Origin: Planctomycetota bacterium | Lineage (GTDB): Bacteria; Planctomycetota; GCA-002687715; CAIWVZ01 | Direction: 5' to 3' | Assembly (NCBI GenBank): GCA_044222185.1 | Contig: JBGANV010000006.1 | Span: 256,001-320,000 of the forward strand | Length of the DNA: 64,000 bases | In this document: positions 1 through 10,541 of the stretch, one piece after another | Layout of the letters: every line of letters begins with the position of its first letter | How positions within the stretch are numbered: position 1 is the first letter of the stretch | The notes under the pieces: model-generated | Seen by the model: the letters and a program-made list of their open reading frames with translations, nothing else | Database searches by the model: none | Told to the model about the DNA's origin: nothing | Program-made: the position numbers and the translations under genes

Positions 1-721
1 CACCTCCGACGTGCTTCAGGAATCTCTCGTCGCGCCACACGTCGTCGCGATGTCCGAGCGCGGTGTAGAACACCCGCCCCTTGCCGAACTGCCGACACCA
101 CGCGGAGGCGTAGTCGCCGTCGGGCCGGGCTCCGAGCTTCGCGTCGATGGAATTCGTGTCGAGGGAAAGCAACCCACGTACGGCCGCGCGATCCCACGAC
201 TTGAACTGGTAGATCTCGTCCGTGATCTCGAGAGCGTCGCCCAGGTGGCGCGTCGCGGGATGCGTCCCGTCGTCCACCTTCATGCGGACCTTCGTGTGCC
301 ACGGGTGCCCGTTGAAGCTCGCGCCGATCATCTCCACGTAGTCGGGAAACTGGTACCAGGTGTCGGTCGCCGGGTGGATGCCGACGAACCCGCCTCCGTT
401 CCACACGAAGTCGATCAGCGCGCGCTTGCCCGCGTCCGCCATCGGGAGCTCGCCCGTCGTGTAGAAGACGACGGCGGCGCACTTCGAGAGCCGCTCCGCC
501 GTCACGTCGTCACACTGCTGCGTGGGGACGACGCGCAAGCGTTCGCCGGTCGTCGCCACGAGCTGCGATTCCGCGAGCGCTGGCTGATCCGGCGCCGGCC
601 GCTTCACGACGTCGTGCGTGAATCCCGCCGAGTGCGTGAGCATGAGGACCTCGGGCTTCTGCGCGAACGACCCGCAGGTGACGACGGCGAGCACGGACAT
701 GACGAGCGCGTGACGACTCAT
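1..721 (-). CDS. ThuA-domain (class I glutamine amidotransferase-like) secreted protein, 3' end beyond window edge
   Basis: Manual translation from CAT at 719-721: MSRHALVMSVLAVVTCGSFAQKPEVLMLTHSAGFTH...FYTTGEL...GGGFVGIHPATDT...FNGHPW...DEIYQF...GKGRVFYTALGHRDDVW, the typical ThuA motifs. Absent from the ORF track because there is no stop in the window. Confidence 0.9.
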   Translation of the reverse strand, partial: MSRHALVMSVLAVVTCGSFAQKPEVLMLTHSAGFTHDVVKRPAPDQPALAESQLVATTGERLRVVPTQQCDDVTAERLSKCAAVVFYTTGELPMADAGKRALIDFVWNGGGFVGIHPATDTWYQFPDYVEMIGASFNGHPWHTKVRMKVDDGTHPATRHLGDALEITDEIYQFKSWDRAAVRGLLSLDTNSIDAKLGARPDGDYASAWCRQFGKGRVFYTALGHRDDVWRDERFLKHVGG

Positions 722-782
722 GGATGCGACCTCCGCGGGGATCATATTCCCGGTACACTCGTCGCTCACACGGAGTTCCTTC

Positions 783-2123
783 ATGAGAATCCCCGCGGTT
801 GCCGCGTTCGCGATCCCGTTCGTCCTCACTCTCTGCGCCGCCACCGTTCCGACGGCGGGCCAGGCGCCGGACCGGAAGTTCACGGACGACGCGTCGTTCA
901 CGTCGCTGTTCGACGGCAAGTCGCTCACGGGCTGGGTCACGAAGGGCGGGCATTACGACGGCACCGCCAACTGGCGTGTCGAAGACGGCGCCATCACGGG
1001 GAGCGAGGGCGAGAATCACTCCGGCGGCCTCCTCTACACCGAGCGCAAGTACCACAGCTTCATCTTCGTGATGGACGCCCAGCTCGATTCCCCCTTCGAC
1101 TCCGGCGTGTTCCTGCGCATGGCGCCCCAGGGCAAGGGCGCGCAGGTCACCCTCGATTACCGCGACGACGGTGAGGTCGGCGCGATCTACGCCGATGCCT
1201 TCCTCGCGCACTGCCCGGCCGGGAAGGCCAAGTGGAAGAAGGACGCGTGGAACCACGTGGAGATCCGCTGCACCGGCCGCGACTACCACGTCGAGTTCTG
1301 GCTGAACGGCGAGCTCCTGACGGACTATCGCCTGCCCGCCGGCAGCTCGGGCTACGCGCCGACGGGGTTGATCGGCTTGCAGGTCCACGGCAATCGCAAC
1401 GATCCGCCAGGACGGAAGGCGCGCTTCAAGAACATCCGGATCCGAGAGCTCCCGACCTTCGACCCGGAGCTCTTCGAAGCCGACGTCCTCGGCACCCTCA
1501 AGCTCACGGAGAAGGGCACGGCCCTCGGTTGGAAGAGCCTGTTCGACGGCAGATCCATCGACGGGTGGGAAATGCACGGCGGAGGAGCGGGCGTCGACGT
1601 GGCCGACGGCACGATCCGCTTCGCGACGAAAGGCCCCACGGGCGATCTGCGAACGAAGGAGGATTTCCGGGATTTCGAGCTGCAGCTCGACTTCCGCATC
1701 GACCGCATGGCGAACAGCGGCGTGTTCCTGCGCGCCGCGCGAACGGACGAGAACCCCGCGTTCTCCGGCGGTGAGATCCAGATCCTGGACGACTTCAACT
1801 GGGAGTCGGTCTCCAAATCCACGCTGCGGCCCTACCAGTTCACGGGAAGCCTCTATGGCTCTTCCGCGGTCGCCGACCGCAGCGCGGTTCGGCCCCTGAA
1901 CACGTGGAACACCTACTTCATCCGTTATCAGGGCTCGCGGCTGCTCGTCGAGCTCAACGGCGTGAAGGTGCAGGATGCCGACACGTTCGAACTGCCCTCG
2001 TCCGAGAAGGCGTTCCGTGAGCGGGCCCCGTCAGGGTTCATCGGCCTTCAGCGTTACGCCTGCCAATGGGCTGGCGGCGAACACTACGCGTGGTTTCGCA
2101 ACCTCTTCGTCAGGAAGCTGTGA
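783..2123 (+). CDS. Secreted protein with two tandem DUF1080 (3-keto-disaccharide hydrolase-like) domains
   Basis: Signal peptide MRIPAVAAFAIPFVLTLCAA; two repeats of SLFDG.S..GW, (D/N)SGVFLR, WN and G.IGLQ...F(K/R)N. Confidence 0.92.
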   Translation: MRIPAVAAFAIPFVLTLCAATVPTAGQAPDRKFTDDASFTSLFDGKSLTGWVTKGGHYDGTANWRVEDGAITGSEGENHSGGLLYTERKYHSFIFVMDAQLDSPFDSGVFLRMAPQGKGAQVTLDYRDDGEVGAIYADAFLAHCPAGKAKWKKDAWNHVEIRCTGRDYHVEFWLNGELLTDYRLPAGSSGYAPTGLIGLQVHGNRNDPPGRKARFKNIRIRELPTFDPELFEADVLGTLKLTEKGTALGWKSLFDGRSIDGWEMHGGGAGVDVADGTIRFATKGPTGDLRTKEDFRDFELQLDFRIDRMANSGVFLRAARTDENPAFSGGEIQILDDFNWESVSKSTLRPYQFTGSLYGSSAVADRSAVRPLNTWNTYFIRYQGSRLLVELNGVKVQDADTFELPSSEKAFRERAPSGFIGLQRYACQWAGGEHYAWFRNLFVRKL

Positions 2124-2225
2124 GACCGAGCCGGCGCGGCTCGCCTGGAAGAAAGGCGAACGGACGGAGGGCCGGCACCTCGCCCGCGTGCCGGCGGCGT
2201 CGCTCTCACCTATGATGGCCGCGCC

Positions 2226-3047
2226 ATGCCGCCCCGTCTTGCCGTGTGCTCCTGGTCGCTCCAGCCGACGTCGCCCGACGACCTCGCCTCCAAGCTCCGC
2301 GAATGCGGCGTCGCCAACGTCCAGATCGCGCTCGATCCGATCCGAACCGGTACGTGGAACCTGGACGACTTCCGCCGGGCCATGACCAAGGCCGGGATCA
2401 CGGTCGTGTCGGGCATGATGGCGATGAAGGCCGAGGACTATTCGACGCTCGAATCCATTCGCCGGACGGGTGGCGTGAGACCGGATGCGGACTGGCCCGA
2501 CAACCTTGCCGCTGCGGGCGCCGATGCGCGACTTGCCAGGGAACTCGGGCTTGCGCTCGTGACGTTCCACGCGGGGTTCATTCCCGAAGCGGACGGCACA
2601 GAGCGTCGCACGATCCTCGATCGAGTCCGCGCCATCGTGGACGTGTTCGCGCGGGAAGGCGTGCGCGTCGCGCTGGAGACGGGCCAGGAGACGGCCGAAT
2701 GCCTCGAGCATGCGCTCACGGCGCTGGGGCGCCCAACCGTCGGCGTGAACTTCGATCCCGCCAACATGATCCTCTACGGCATGGGGAATCCCGTGGAGGC
2801 ATTGGCCCGCCTTGCGCCATGGATCCGGCAGATCCACGTCAAGGACGCCGTGGCGACGGGAACTCCCGGAACCTGGGGCGAGGAGGTTCCCGTGGGTTCG
2901 GGAGCCGTCGATTGGCATGCGTTCTTCGACGTCGCCAGGCGCAAGTCGCTTGGCGTCGATCTTGCGATCGAGCGCGAAGCCGGAAGCCAGCGCATCACGG
3001 ACATCCGCACGGCCCGTCGACTGGTCGAATCCACTTGGACGGTCTGA
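2226..3047 (+). CDS. Sugar phosphate isomerase/epimerase (xylose isomerase-like TIM barrel)
   Basis: LETGQE, NFDPANMILYG, QIHVKDA, E.PVG.G.VDW and IERE metal-binding pattern. TATGAT at 2211-2216 lies just before the ATG. Confidence 0.9.
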   Translation: MPPRLAVCSWSLQPTSPDDLASKLRECGVANVQIALDPIRTGTWNLDDFRRAMTKAGITVVSGMMAMKAEDYSTLESIRRTGGVRPDADWPDNLAAAGADARLARELGLALVTFHAGFIPEADGTERRTILDRVRAIVDVFAREGVRVALETGQETAECLEHALTALGRPTVGVNFDPANMILYGMGNPVEALARLAPWIRQIHVKDAVATGTPGTWGEEVPVGSGAVDWHAFFDVARRKSLGVDLAIEREAGSQRITDIRTARRLVESTWTV

Positions 3048-3048
3048 C

Positions 3049-4083
3049 ATGACGTCGACGAGAACCCTTGGCATCGGCGTGGTCGGATTCGGGCTCATGG
3101 GGCGGACTCACGCCGCCGCGTGGGAGGCGGCGCGCGCATCCGGACGGCCGTGCCGGCTCGTGGTCGTCTGCGACAGCAGCGCGGCGCGGCTCGTGCCGGG
3201 TGCCGAGGTTGCGGGCAACGTTCGCGGGCAATCGGGTGCGGCACGGCTCTTCGACCCGGCCGTCGTGCGGACGACGACGAATCCGGATGACGTCTTCCAC
3301 GATCCCGAGGTCGACGTCGTCTCCATCTGCACGCGCACGGCGACGCACGTCGAGCTGGCGGCAGCGGCGCTACGCGCAGGGAAGCACGTCCTCGTGGAAA
3401 AGCCCGTGGGGTTGACCGCCGACGACGTCGCGCCTCTGCGGACCGTCGCTTCACATGCCGGCACGCTGTGCATGCCCGCCCACTGCATGCGGTTCTGGCC
3501 CGGTTGGACGTGGCTCCGCGCCGCAATCCGCGATGGGCGGTTCGGATCCGTCCGCTCCGCCGTGTTCCAGCGGCTTGGGACGCCGCCCGCGTGGTCGCCC
3601 GAGTTCTACCGCGACTCGGCGCAGACCGGCGGCGCTCTCGTCGATCTGCACATCCACGACGTCGACTTCATCCGCTGGTGCTTCGGAGATCCGGTATCGG
3701 TCGTCTCGACCGGCACCCTCGATCACGTGACGACCTTCTATCGCTACGGTTCAAACGGGCCGTCGCACGTCGTCGCCGAGGGTGCGTGGGATCACGCCAT
3801 CGGGTTCGGGTTCCGGATGCGGTTCGTCGTGGCGTTCGAGCGTGCGACCGCCGACTTCGACCTGGGGCGCGATCCCAGGCTGGTCGTTTCGACGGAGGGC
3901 CAGGCGAGCGCCGTCGACCTGGAGCCCATCGCCGGTTATGACGGCGAAGTCCGACATCTGGCCGACGTCGTGCTCGGCCGGACGCGAAACCTCGACGTAA
4001 CCGTCGACGACGCGTGGGGCACGGCGCGGATACTCGATGCCGAGCGGGAAAGTCTCGCACGCGGCGCGGAGGTCGGGCTGTAA
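3049..4083 (+). CDS. Gfo/Idh/MocA family NAD(P)-dependent oxidoreductase
   Basis: GVVGFGLMGRTH Rossmann motif, GKHVLVEKP, GGALVDLHIHDVD. Starts 1 nt after the upstream stop. Confidence 0.92.
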   Translation: MTSTRTLGIGVVGFGLMGRTHAAAWEAARASGRPCRLVVVCDSSAARLVPGAEVAGNVRGQSGAARLFDPAVVRTTTNPDDVFHDPEVDVVSICTRTATHVELAAAALRAGKHVLVEKPVGLTADDVAPLRTVASHAGTLCMPAHCMRFWPGWTWLRAAIRDGRFGSVRSAVFQRLGTPPAWSPEFYRDSAQTGGALVDLHIHDVDFIRWCFGDPVSVVSTGTLDHVTTFYRYGSNGPSHVVAEGAWDHAIGFGFRMRFVVAFERATADFDLGRDPRLVVSTEGQASAVDLEPIAGYDGEVRHLADVVLGRTRNLDVTVDDAWGTARILDAERESLARGAEVGL

Positions 4084-4139
4084 GTCGACTCCGGAACACG
4101 CCGATCTTGGTGCGTCCGGGTCCGAGATGAACGAAGCCG

Positions 4140-6107
4140 ATGGCGAAATCACGACGAAACTCCGACAACGACGTGAAACGACTGATCGACGCCCTGTTGG
4201 CGGATCCGCCGGAGACCGCGTTCGACATCGAACGGCGGCTGAAGGGATTTGGCGTCGAGGCCGTGAGGCGCGACCTCGCCGACCGCCTCGCGAATCCGGA
4301 GCTGTCCGCGCACGACGCCACGACGGTCGAGGTCTTGTTGACCCACCTCGGGGCGGGTCGTCAGCACAAGCGACTCCTCGGGATCGCGAGTGATGAGCGC
4401 GTCGCGGGACATGCGCGGGCCGCCGCGATGCGCGTCGTCACCCACGACGCCGACGTCACGCCCGACGAGTTCGCGAAGCTGGCAGCGTCTCCTGCCATGG
4501 GGGAGATCGTCGAGGACTTCATGTCGAACATGGTGGCGGCGGCTGCGCGCGAGCCGGATGTCGCCGTCGTCGTCGCCGAGTTGCTGGAACAGCTCGAAGG
4601 CGACGTGCGAATGGACACGCTTCAGCGGCTCGAAGAGAAACGGCGTGCCGTCGGAGCGTCGGCCGCGTCCGTCTACAGCGAAGCTCTCGCCGTCACCGCG
4701 GATCCCCAGCTGCGCGCGTTCCTCCTCGACCGGCTCGTGGAGGAGGGCGGCGTGGAAGCGGTCGGCCTCCTGGAGGATCTGCGCAATTCCGCGAGCGACG
4801 CCGCCGTGCGCCACGAGTACCAGCGCGCGTTCCTTCGCATGAAGGCGGTGGATGCGGTCGGCGCTCAGCAGAAGGACTTCGCCAAGGGTCGTACGTTCGT
4901 GAGTTCGTGCGACGGTCAGGGGTCATTCATCCTGCTGGCGATCGTCGATCTACCCGAGGGCAAGCAGTCGCTCGCAGACCTGTGCATTCGTGCGTCGGCG
5001 GACATTCGCGACGGGTTCCTGTTGACGCGGGAGGACCCGTCGGTCATCCGCGGCGTCGTGGACCAGGTCCGATCGAAGACCGAACTCCTCCTTGTCCAGG
5101 GTGGGCTCGGGATGTCGCTCCGACTTCTCGAGGAGGCCCTCGCGCGTGCGACCGAGCGCCAGGAACCCCTTCCCCTGGAACTCCGGCCCGTGGTCGGCTT
5201 CTTTCAGCGGATCGTGGACGACGGCTTCAAGATCGTCGACGCCGTGCCGGATCCCGAACGCGTTCGTGTCGAAGACCTCGCCCCCGTACTTCGGCGCCCT
5301 TCGTTCTCCGCCTGGTTCTTCGACGCCGGCGATCTGCGCGGCCGCGGCGTGAAGCTCCCCCGCAGGGCGGGCCTGCCGTCCGCGAAGTGGGTCTCGGACG
5401 CCCTGGCGACGCTCGACATCCCGCCGATCCAGGATCGGCTCGTCGCGATGGCGCGTCACGCGAGCCGCATCGCGACCTGGGGCGGGAACGGGCGCGAGGC
5501 TGCGCTGTTCGCTGCCGCGGCCCGGGACGTTGCCGCCGAGTTCACGACCGCAGCCCTGCCGCGGATCATGCTCGAACGCTACTTCGCTCCCAGCGACGCG
5601 CTCCCCGATGACCCGGACTGGGCAGAACCGAGCCTGCGCCGCGCCGCACTGACGACGACCTTGTTCCAGGAGACGCGGCGTCCCCGCATGCGCGAACTCG
5701 CGCAACTGGACTTCATCCAAGCGGCGGCCGTCGCGCTCGACCGTGCCGTCGATGCGCTTCCTGGTGAAACGCGACTGCGGGAACCCGTGATGGGAGAGAT
5801 CGCGACTCAAGCGGGGCGATACGCGGCGGATGCCTTTCGGGCCCGCGACGGACAGGGAACCGGAAGCGGGCTCGCGAAGAAGGTGCGGGCGCTCGTGACC
5901 GACCTCTCGGGGCTGCCGCCGGTCGCGCTCGAGCAGGTGTCATCCGCGCTGACTCTTGCGCTCGAGGGATTCCGGAAGCTGGTGTGCACTCAGTGTCCCG
6001 TGCATTGTCTCGGCATGTCCCGCGAAGACGCGACCGCTTGGTTCTCGTCGGGAGAACATCCCGCGCCCGATGCGTTCTCCGCGTGGGCGATGTTGCTCGA
6101 AGTCTGA
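4140..6107 (+). CDS. Hypothetical 655-aa protein (helical-repeat-like N-terminus, central CDGQG beta region, C-terminal CxxCPxxC)
   Basis: Long ORF with normal protein composition, co-oriented with the operon; no family recognised. Confidence 0.75.
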   Translation: MAKSRRNSDNDVKRLIDALLADPPETAFDIERRLKGFGVEAVRRDLADRLANPELSAHDATTVEVLLTHLGAGRQHKRLLGIASDERVAGHARAAAMRVVTHDADVTPDEFAKLAASPAMGEIVEDFMSNMVAAAAREPDVAVVVAELLEQLEGDVRMDTLQRLEEKRRAVGASAASVYSEALAVTADPQLRAFLLDRLVEEGGVEAVGLLEDLRNSASDAAVRHEYQRAFLRMKAVDAVGAQQKDFAKGRTFVSSCDGQGSFILLAIVDLPEGKQSLADLCIRASADIRDGFLLTREDPSVIRGVVDQVRSKTELLLVQGGLGMSLRLLEEALARATERQEPLPLELRPVVGFFQRIVDDGFKIVDAVPDPERVRVEDLAPVLRRPSFSAWFFDAGDLRGRGVKLPRRAGLPSAKWVSDALATLDIPPIQDRLVAMARHASRIATWGGNGREAALFAAAARDVAAEFTTAALPRIMLERYFAPSDALPDDPDWAEPSLRRAALTTTLFQETRRPRMRELAQLDFIQAAAVALDRAVDALPGETRLREPVMGEIATQAGRYAADAFRARDGQGTGSGLAKKVRALVTDLSGLPPVALEQVSSALTLALEGFRKLVCTQCPVHCLGMSREDATAWFSSGEHPAPDAFSAWAMLLEV

Positions 6108-6293
6108 CGAGTTTGCGGACCCGCGGCGAGCGAAAACGCGCGACCGCGAAAGTGGCGCGTCATCCCTCACGCGCGATCCCGGCCGCCGTAGTTCCTGCCG
6201 ATGCGGGTCGAGTCCAACCCAGCCTGATTCAGCGCGCATCGACGACGGCTTCCGGGCATTCCCCCGCGCCGCCATCTCTCTGGAGGGATCGTC

Positions 6294-6692
6294 ATGACAC
6301 TGCGTCAAACCCTGGTGCTCGGGACCATCTTCGCCGCGCTCTTCACCACCACGACCGTCGCCCAGATCGCCGATGGCTTCGATCTCCGTCTCCGTGACTC
6401 GACGCGGATCGGCGAGAACCACGTCGGCATTCAGGGCGGCGCGGCGACGGCGATCCAATTCGACGTGCGCGAGGACGCCATCGTCGCCCTCTTCGCGGCG
6501 CGTGCGACCGCCGTGGGCGTTCCAGACCTCGACACGGTGCTCCTCCTCGACGTGCGGGCCATGCGTGCAGGCGACATCTACGCCATGCAACTGCGAGTGC
6601 CGCAGATCCAGGGAGAGTTCGTTCTGAAGGCGTTCATGCTCGTAGGCGACCAGCTCGCGCAGAGCGACCCACTGACCGTCCTGATCCGCTGA
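6294..6692 (+). CDS. Small secreted beta-rich protein
   Basis: GGAGGG RBS upstream, signal peptide MTLRQTLVLGTIFAALFTTTTVA-Q, ends SDPLTVLIR. Confidence 0.8.
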   Translation: MTLRQTLVLGTIFAALFTTTTVAQIADGFDLRLRDSTRIGENHVGIQGGAATAIQFDVREDAIVALFAARATAVGVPDLDTVLLLDVRAMRAGDIYAMQLRVPQIQGEFVLKAFMLVGDQLAQSDPLTVLIR

Positions 6693-6734
6693 ACGCGTCG
6701 GGTGCGATCTTCACGGGCGGGTAACATCCCGCCC

Positions 6735-8210
6735 GTGCGCGTGAAGTCACTCAAGTTCCTCTGGCTCGTCGTCGCCGTGTCAGTCTTCGCGGTGCTGCTC
6801 GCGGTCGACACTCCCATCGCGCACTTCGGCAAGTTCGAAGCGCGTCCCGCGCGGGCCGCTGCCGTCACTCTCCTGATGGCGATCCTCTGGCTCACCGAAG
6901 CCATTCCCATCTACCTGACGGCGTGCATCCCGCTCGTGCTCTTCCCGGCGCTCGGCGTCTTCGGCGGCTCGTTCGGTGACGAATGCGTCTCGACGGTGCG
7001 GCCGTACGTCGACGCCTACATCTTCCTGTTCATGGGCGGGATGTGCATCGCCGCCGCGATGCAGCAGTGGAACCTCCACCGGCGGCTCGCGCTCACCGTC
7101 ATGCGGGCGATCGGGACGGACCCCAAGCGCCTCCTGCTTGGCGTGCTGAGTTCGAGTGCGTTCATCTCGTTGTGGATCTCGAACACGGCGACCGCCGCCA
7201 TGATGGTCCCGATCGGCGTTGCGATCGTCGCGCAGTGCGAACGGCACGGAGGCGGCAGGCGGCTCGTGGAGTACGGCGCCGTCATCATGATGAGCATCGC
7301 CTACGGCTCGAACATCGGCGGGATCGGCACGAAGATCGGCACGGCACCGAACGCACAGTTCGCGCAGTTCATGTCCGGCATCGGCGTGGACGTCACGTTC
7401 AGCCGATTCATGGCCGTCGGTCTCCCGTTCGTCGCGCTTTTCATCCCGATCTCGTGGGCGGTGCTCTGGTGGTCGGGGAGGAGGGACGCGCCGCGCGGTC
7501 AGGTGGGCGCGGAAGCCGTCGCCGACGAGATCCGCAAGCTCGGTCCGATCCAGCGTGGCGAGTGGATCGTCCTATCCGTGTTCGTGGCGACGGCCGCGAT
7601 GTGGATCGGTGCCAAGCCCATCACCGAATGGCTCCAGCCGCGAGTGGCCGCGTTCAAGCTGACGAGCGCTCACGTCGAGGGCGGCATCGCCATGCTCGCG
7701 GCGTTCGTGTTGATGGCCTGGCCGGTGGGTGGACGACGGGCGCTCGACCTTCGCTCTCTGCGATTCGTGCCTTGGGAAACCCTGCTCCTCTTGGGTGGCG
7801 CGTTCTCCATGGCGAGCGGCGTGCAGTCCAGCGGGTTGTCGGACTGGATCGGCGATCGGCTCCACGTCCTGCGCGAACTGGGCCCGTTCCAACAGGTGCT
7901 GCTGGCGAGTGCGGCGACGGTCGCACTCTCGGCCGTCACTTCCAACACGGCGACGATCGGGGTCATGTTGTCGGTGCTGAAGGACTCGGTGTCGCCGGGG
8001 CACCTGACGACCGTGCTCTTCGCCGCGACGATCGCAAGTTCGTGCGACTTCATGCTGCCGGCGGGAACACCGCCCAACGCGATCGTGTTCGGCACGGGAT
8101 ACGTGACGATCCCCAAGATGGCGAAGACTGGGGCCGTGCTGGACCTGCTCGCGGCGGTCGTCGCCGCGGCGTGGTGCTGGATCAGCGTCTCGACGGTCTT
8201 CGGCGCGTGA
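6735..8210 (+). CDS. SLC13/DASS family sodium-coupled anion (di/tricarboxylate or sulfate) symporter
   Basis: W.TEAIP, IFLFMGG, SLWISNTAT, GGIGTKIGTAPN, TSNTAT, FMLPAGTPPNAIVF. GTG start 7 nt after TAACAT. Confidence 0.92.
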   Translation: MRVKSLKFLWLVVAVSVFAVLLAVDTPIAHFGKFEARPARAAAVTLLMAILWLTEAIPIYLTACIPLVLFPALGVFGGSFGDECVSTVRPYVDAYIFLFMGGMCIAAAMQQWNLHRRLALTVMRAIGTDPKRLLLGVLSSSAFISLWISNTATAAMMVPIGVAIVAQCERHGGGRRLVEYGAVIMMSIAYGSNIGGIGTKIGTAPNAQFAQFMSGIGVDVTFSRFMAVGLPFVALFIPISWAVLWWSGRRDAPRGQVGAEAVADEIRKLGPIQRGEWIVLSVFVATAAMWIGAKPITEWLQPRVAAFKLTSAHVEGGIAMLAAFVLMAWPVGGRRALDLRSLRFVPWETLLLLGGAFSMASGVQSSGLSDWIGDRLHVLRELGPFQQVLLASAATVALSAVTSNTATIGVMLSVLKDSVSPGHLTTVLFAATIASSCDFMLPAGTPPNAIVFGTGYVTIPKMAKTGAVLDLLAAVVAAAWCWISVSTVFGA

Positions 8211-8258
8211 GGCCGATGCGGCGCGTCCGCACGGCCGCCGCGCGGACGGCCCGCCCGG

Positions 8259-9047
8259 TCACGGCAGGATGCAGGTACTGATGGGGTTCGTCACCTTCGG
8301 GAAGCCGAGGGCGTCGATGATCCCCACCTGGAAGTGGAGGGGGAGCCCAACGATCTGCGGGATGTTGGGGATGAAGCACGACAGGTTGGTCGCCACGCCC
8401 AGGACGTCCAGGTTGCCCTGGAAGTTCGCGAACAGGAACGGATCCGGCGTCGGGAAGGAGAGCGTGAAGAGGATGTCCGGGTCGAGAGCGACGAACACGG
8501 GCGGGAACGAGATCCCGACCTCGGTCGTGATGGAGCCCGCTGCGAAGTACGGCATGTAGGCATCAGCGGCCGAGCTGACGTCCATCGTCATGGTCTGGCC
8601 CACGTGTGGCTGCGCGGTGACCGTCAGGAGCGGCGACGTGCTCGCGGCGGCGCGCACGGTGAACGGCGCCCATGACGTGCTGTACGACGCGGCCCCGACC
8701 GCCTTGTACTGGACCTTCAGGTAGTAGAGGCCCGATGACGCGTTCGTCGGGACGGCCTGAGTGTCGGTCGCGGACGCTCCGGCGGCCACCGTGATGGCGT
8801 TGAAGCCGCAGAAGCCCAGAGGCCACGGCGCGACCGGCCCGGCGGGGGTTCCCGAGTGGACCGTCGTGAAGAGACAGCTCGATGGGAATTGGAACCCGGC
8901 GCCGGAGATGTCCGTCACGGTGAGGGTGACGGTCTGGCCGGGCGCCACCGGGTCCGGCGAGATCGTCGAGCAGATGGTCTGAGCGCCGGCGACGGCGCAG
9001 ATGGCGGCGAACACGAGAGCGTGGGTGAACGAGCGATGCAGTTTCAT
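8259..9047 (-). CDS. Secreted two-domain beta-sandwich protein with C-terminal candidate sorting domain
   Basis: Signal peptide ending AGA-Q; C-terminal FQGNLDVLGVA...IPNIPQIVGLPLHFQVGIID...VTNPI. Confidence 0.85.
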   Translation of the reverse strand: MKLHRSFTHALVFAAICAVAGAQTICSTISPDPVAPGQTVTLTVTDISGAGFQFPSSCLFTTVHSGTPAGPVAPWPLGFCGFNAITVAAGASATDTQAVPTNASSGLYYLKVQYKAVGAASYSTSWAPFTVRAAASTSPLLTVTAQPHVGQTMTMDVSSAADAYMPYFAAGSITTEVGISFPPVFVALDPDILFTLSFPTPDPFLFANFQGNLDVLGVATNLSCFIPNIPQIVGLPLHFQVGIIDALGFPKVTNPISTCILP

Positions 9048-9191
9048 GGGATCCTCCGGGATGGCGCGAGCCCGGAGTCTACACGGAACACCCGGCGGCC
9101 GAGCGAGGGTCTCGGATCACGCGACCGGAGGGTTCGCCCAGGTGGTTTTGCGGGTTCCCGATACACTGCGCCGCCCTCGCGAGGCCTCTCC

Positions 9192-10361
9192 ATGAAGAAA
9201 CCAACACGATCCGCCGCAACCTCTCCGTTGGGAATCGGACTCATCGGGCAGAAGTTCATGGGCCGAGCGCACAGCAACGCCTGGGGGCAGGTGAACCGCT
9301 TCTTCGCGCTCCCTCGGCGCGCGGAGCTCGCGGTCGTCGCCGGACGTGATGGCGCGGAACTCGCCGGTTTCGCCGAGCGGTTCGGGTGGAAGCGCCACAC
9401 GACGGATTGGCGCACGCTCGCAGCGGACGCCTCCGTCGACCTCGTGGACGTGTCCACTCCCAACGACCTCCACGCGGAGCCCGCGATCGCCATGCTCGAG
9501 GCGGGGAAACACGTCGCATGCGAGAAACCTCTCGCGGGAACCCTCGACCACGCGAGGGCCATGCGCGACGCCGCGCGGAAGGCCCGCCGCTGTCGCACGT
9601 TCGTCTGGTTCAATTATCGGAGGGCGCCCGCCGTCGGGCTGGCGTGGAGGCTCGTCCGCGAGGGACGACTCGGAAAGATCCTCCACGTGAGAGCTCGATA
9701 CCTCCAGTCCTGGGGCGGCCCGAAGACTCCGTCCTCGTGGCGATTTCAGAAGGCGCGTGCAGGCTCGGGCGCCCACGGCGACCTCAACGCGCACATCGTG
9801 GACCTCGCCCGCTTTCTCACGGGCGACGAGATCGCGGAGATCCACGGTGCCGTCGCGCGCACGTTCGTCCACGAACGCGCGAACCCCGACGGTCGCGGCC
9901 GCACGAAGAGCGACGTCGACGACTGCGTGGCGTTCGTCGCGAGCTTCGCAGGCGGCGCCACCGCGACGTTCGAGGCGACGCGCCTCGCGCACGGACACCT
10001 GAACGACAACACCATCGAGCTGAACGGGGAGAAGGGATCGGTGCGGTTTTCGTTCGAGGACATGAACGTGCTGTGGTTCTGTGACGCGGCGGACGAACCC
10101 CGCGAGGGCGGATGGCGGCGCGTCATGTGTACGGCGGCCGGGCAGCACCCCTACGTGGCGAACTGGTGGCCCGACGGCCACGTGATCGGCTACGAGCACG
10201 GGTTCGTGAATATGGCGGCCGACATCGTCCGTGTCCTCTGCGGAAGCGAGCCGGAGTTGCCGCTCCCGGACTTCGCCGACGCCTTCGAAACGGCGCGGGT
10301 TCTCGAAGCCGCGCTTCGATCGGCACGCGAGCGCAAGGCCGTTCGGCTGCGCGACGTCTGA
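9192..10361 (+). CDS. Gfo/Idh/MocA family oxidoreductase
   Basis: IGLIGQKFMGRAHSNA, GKHVACEKPL, GSGAHGDLNAHIVD, WWPDGHVIGYEH. Confidence 0.93.
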   Translation: MKKPTRSAATSPLGIGLIGQKFMGRAHSNAWGQVNRFFALPRRAELAVVAGRDGAELAGFAERFGWKRHTTDWRTLAADASVDLVDVSTPNDLHAEPAIAMLEAGKHVACEKPLAGTLDHARAMRDAARKARRCRTFVWFNYRRAPAVGLAWRLVREGRLGKILHVRARYLQSWGGPKTPSSWRFQKARAGSGAHGDLNAHIVDLARFLTGDEIAEIHGAVARTFVHERANPDGRGRTKSDVDDCVAFVASFAGGATATFEATRLAHGHLNDNTIELNGEKGSVRFSFEDMNVLWFCDAADEPREGGWRRVMCTAAGQHPYVANWWPDGHVIGYEHGFVNMAADIVRVLCGSEPELPLPDFADAFETARVLEAALRSARERKAVRLRDV

Positions 10362-10541
10362 CGGGCGCGGGTTCTGCGATGTCGGCCGGCGGCGGCCTCG
10401 CCAGCCGGCCACGCCAAACTTCAGCGGCGACGCCGCTTCGTCCGATGTACCTCCTGACACCGGTTTCCGATGTCACCTGAAGAGGGACCCCGTGCGGCGT
10501 GCCACCGAGCCCGTCGGCGGGCCGGTGTCCGAAGGAAACCC

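Noticed and set aside
11-1174. 387-aa plus-strand ORF
   Set aside because: Shadow of the minus-strand ThuA gene and out-of-frame overlap with DUF1080; Arg/Gly-rich with no motifs.
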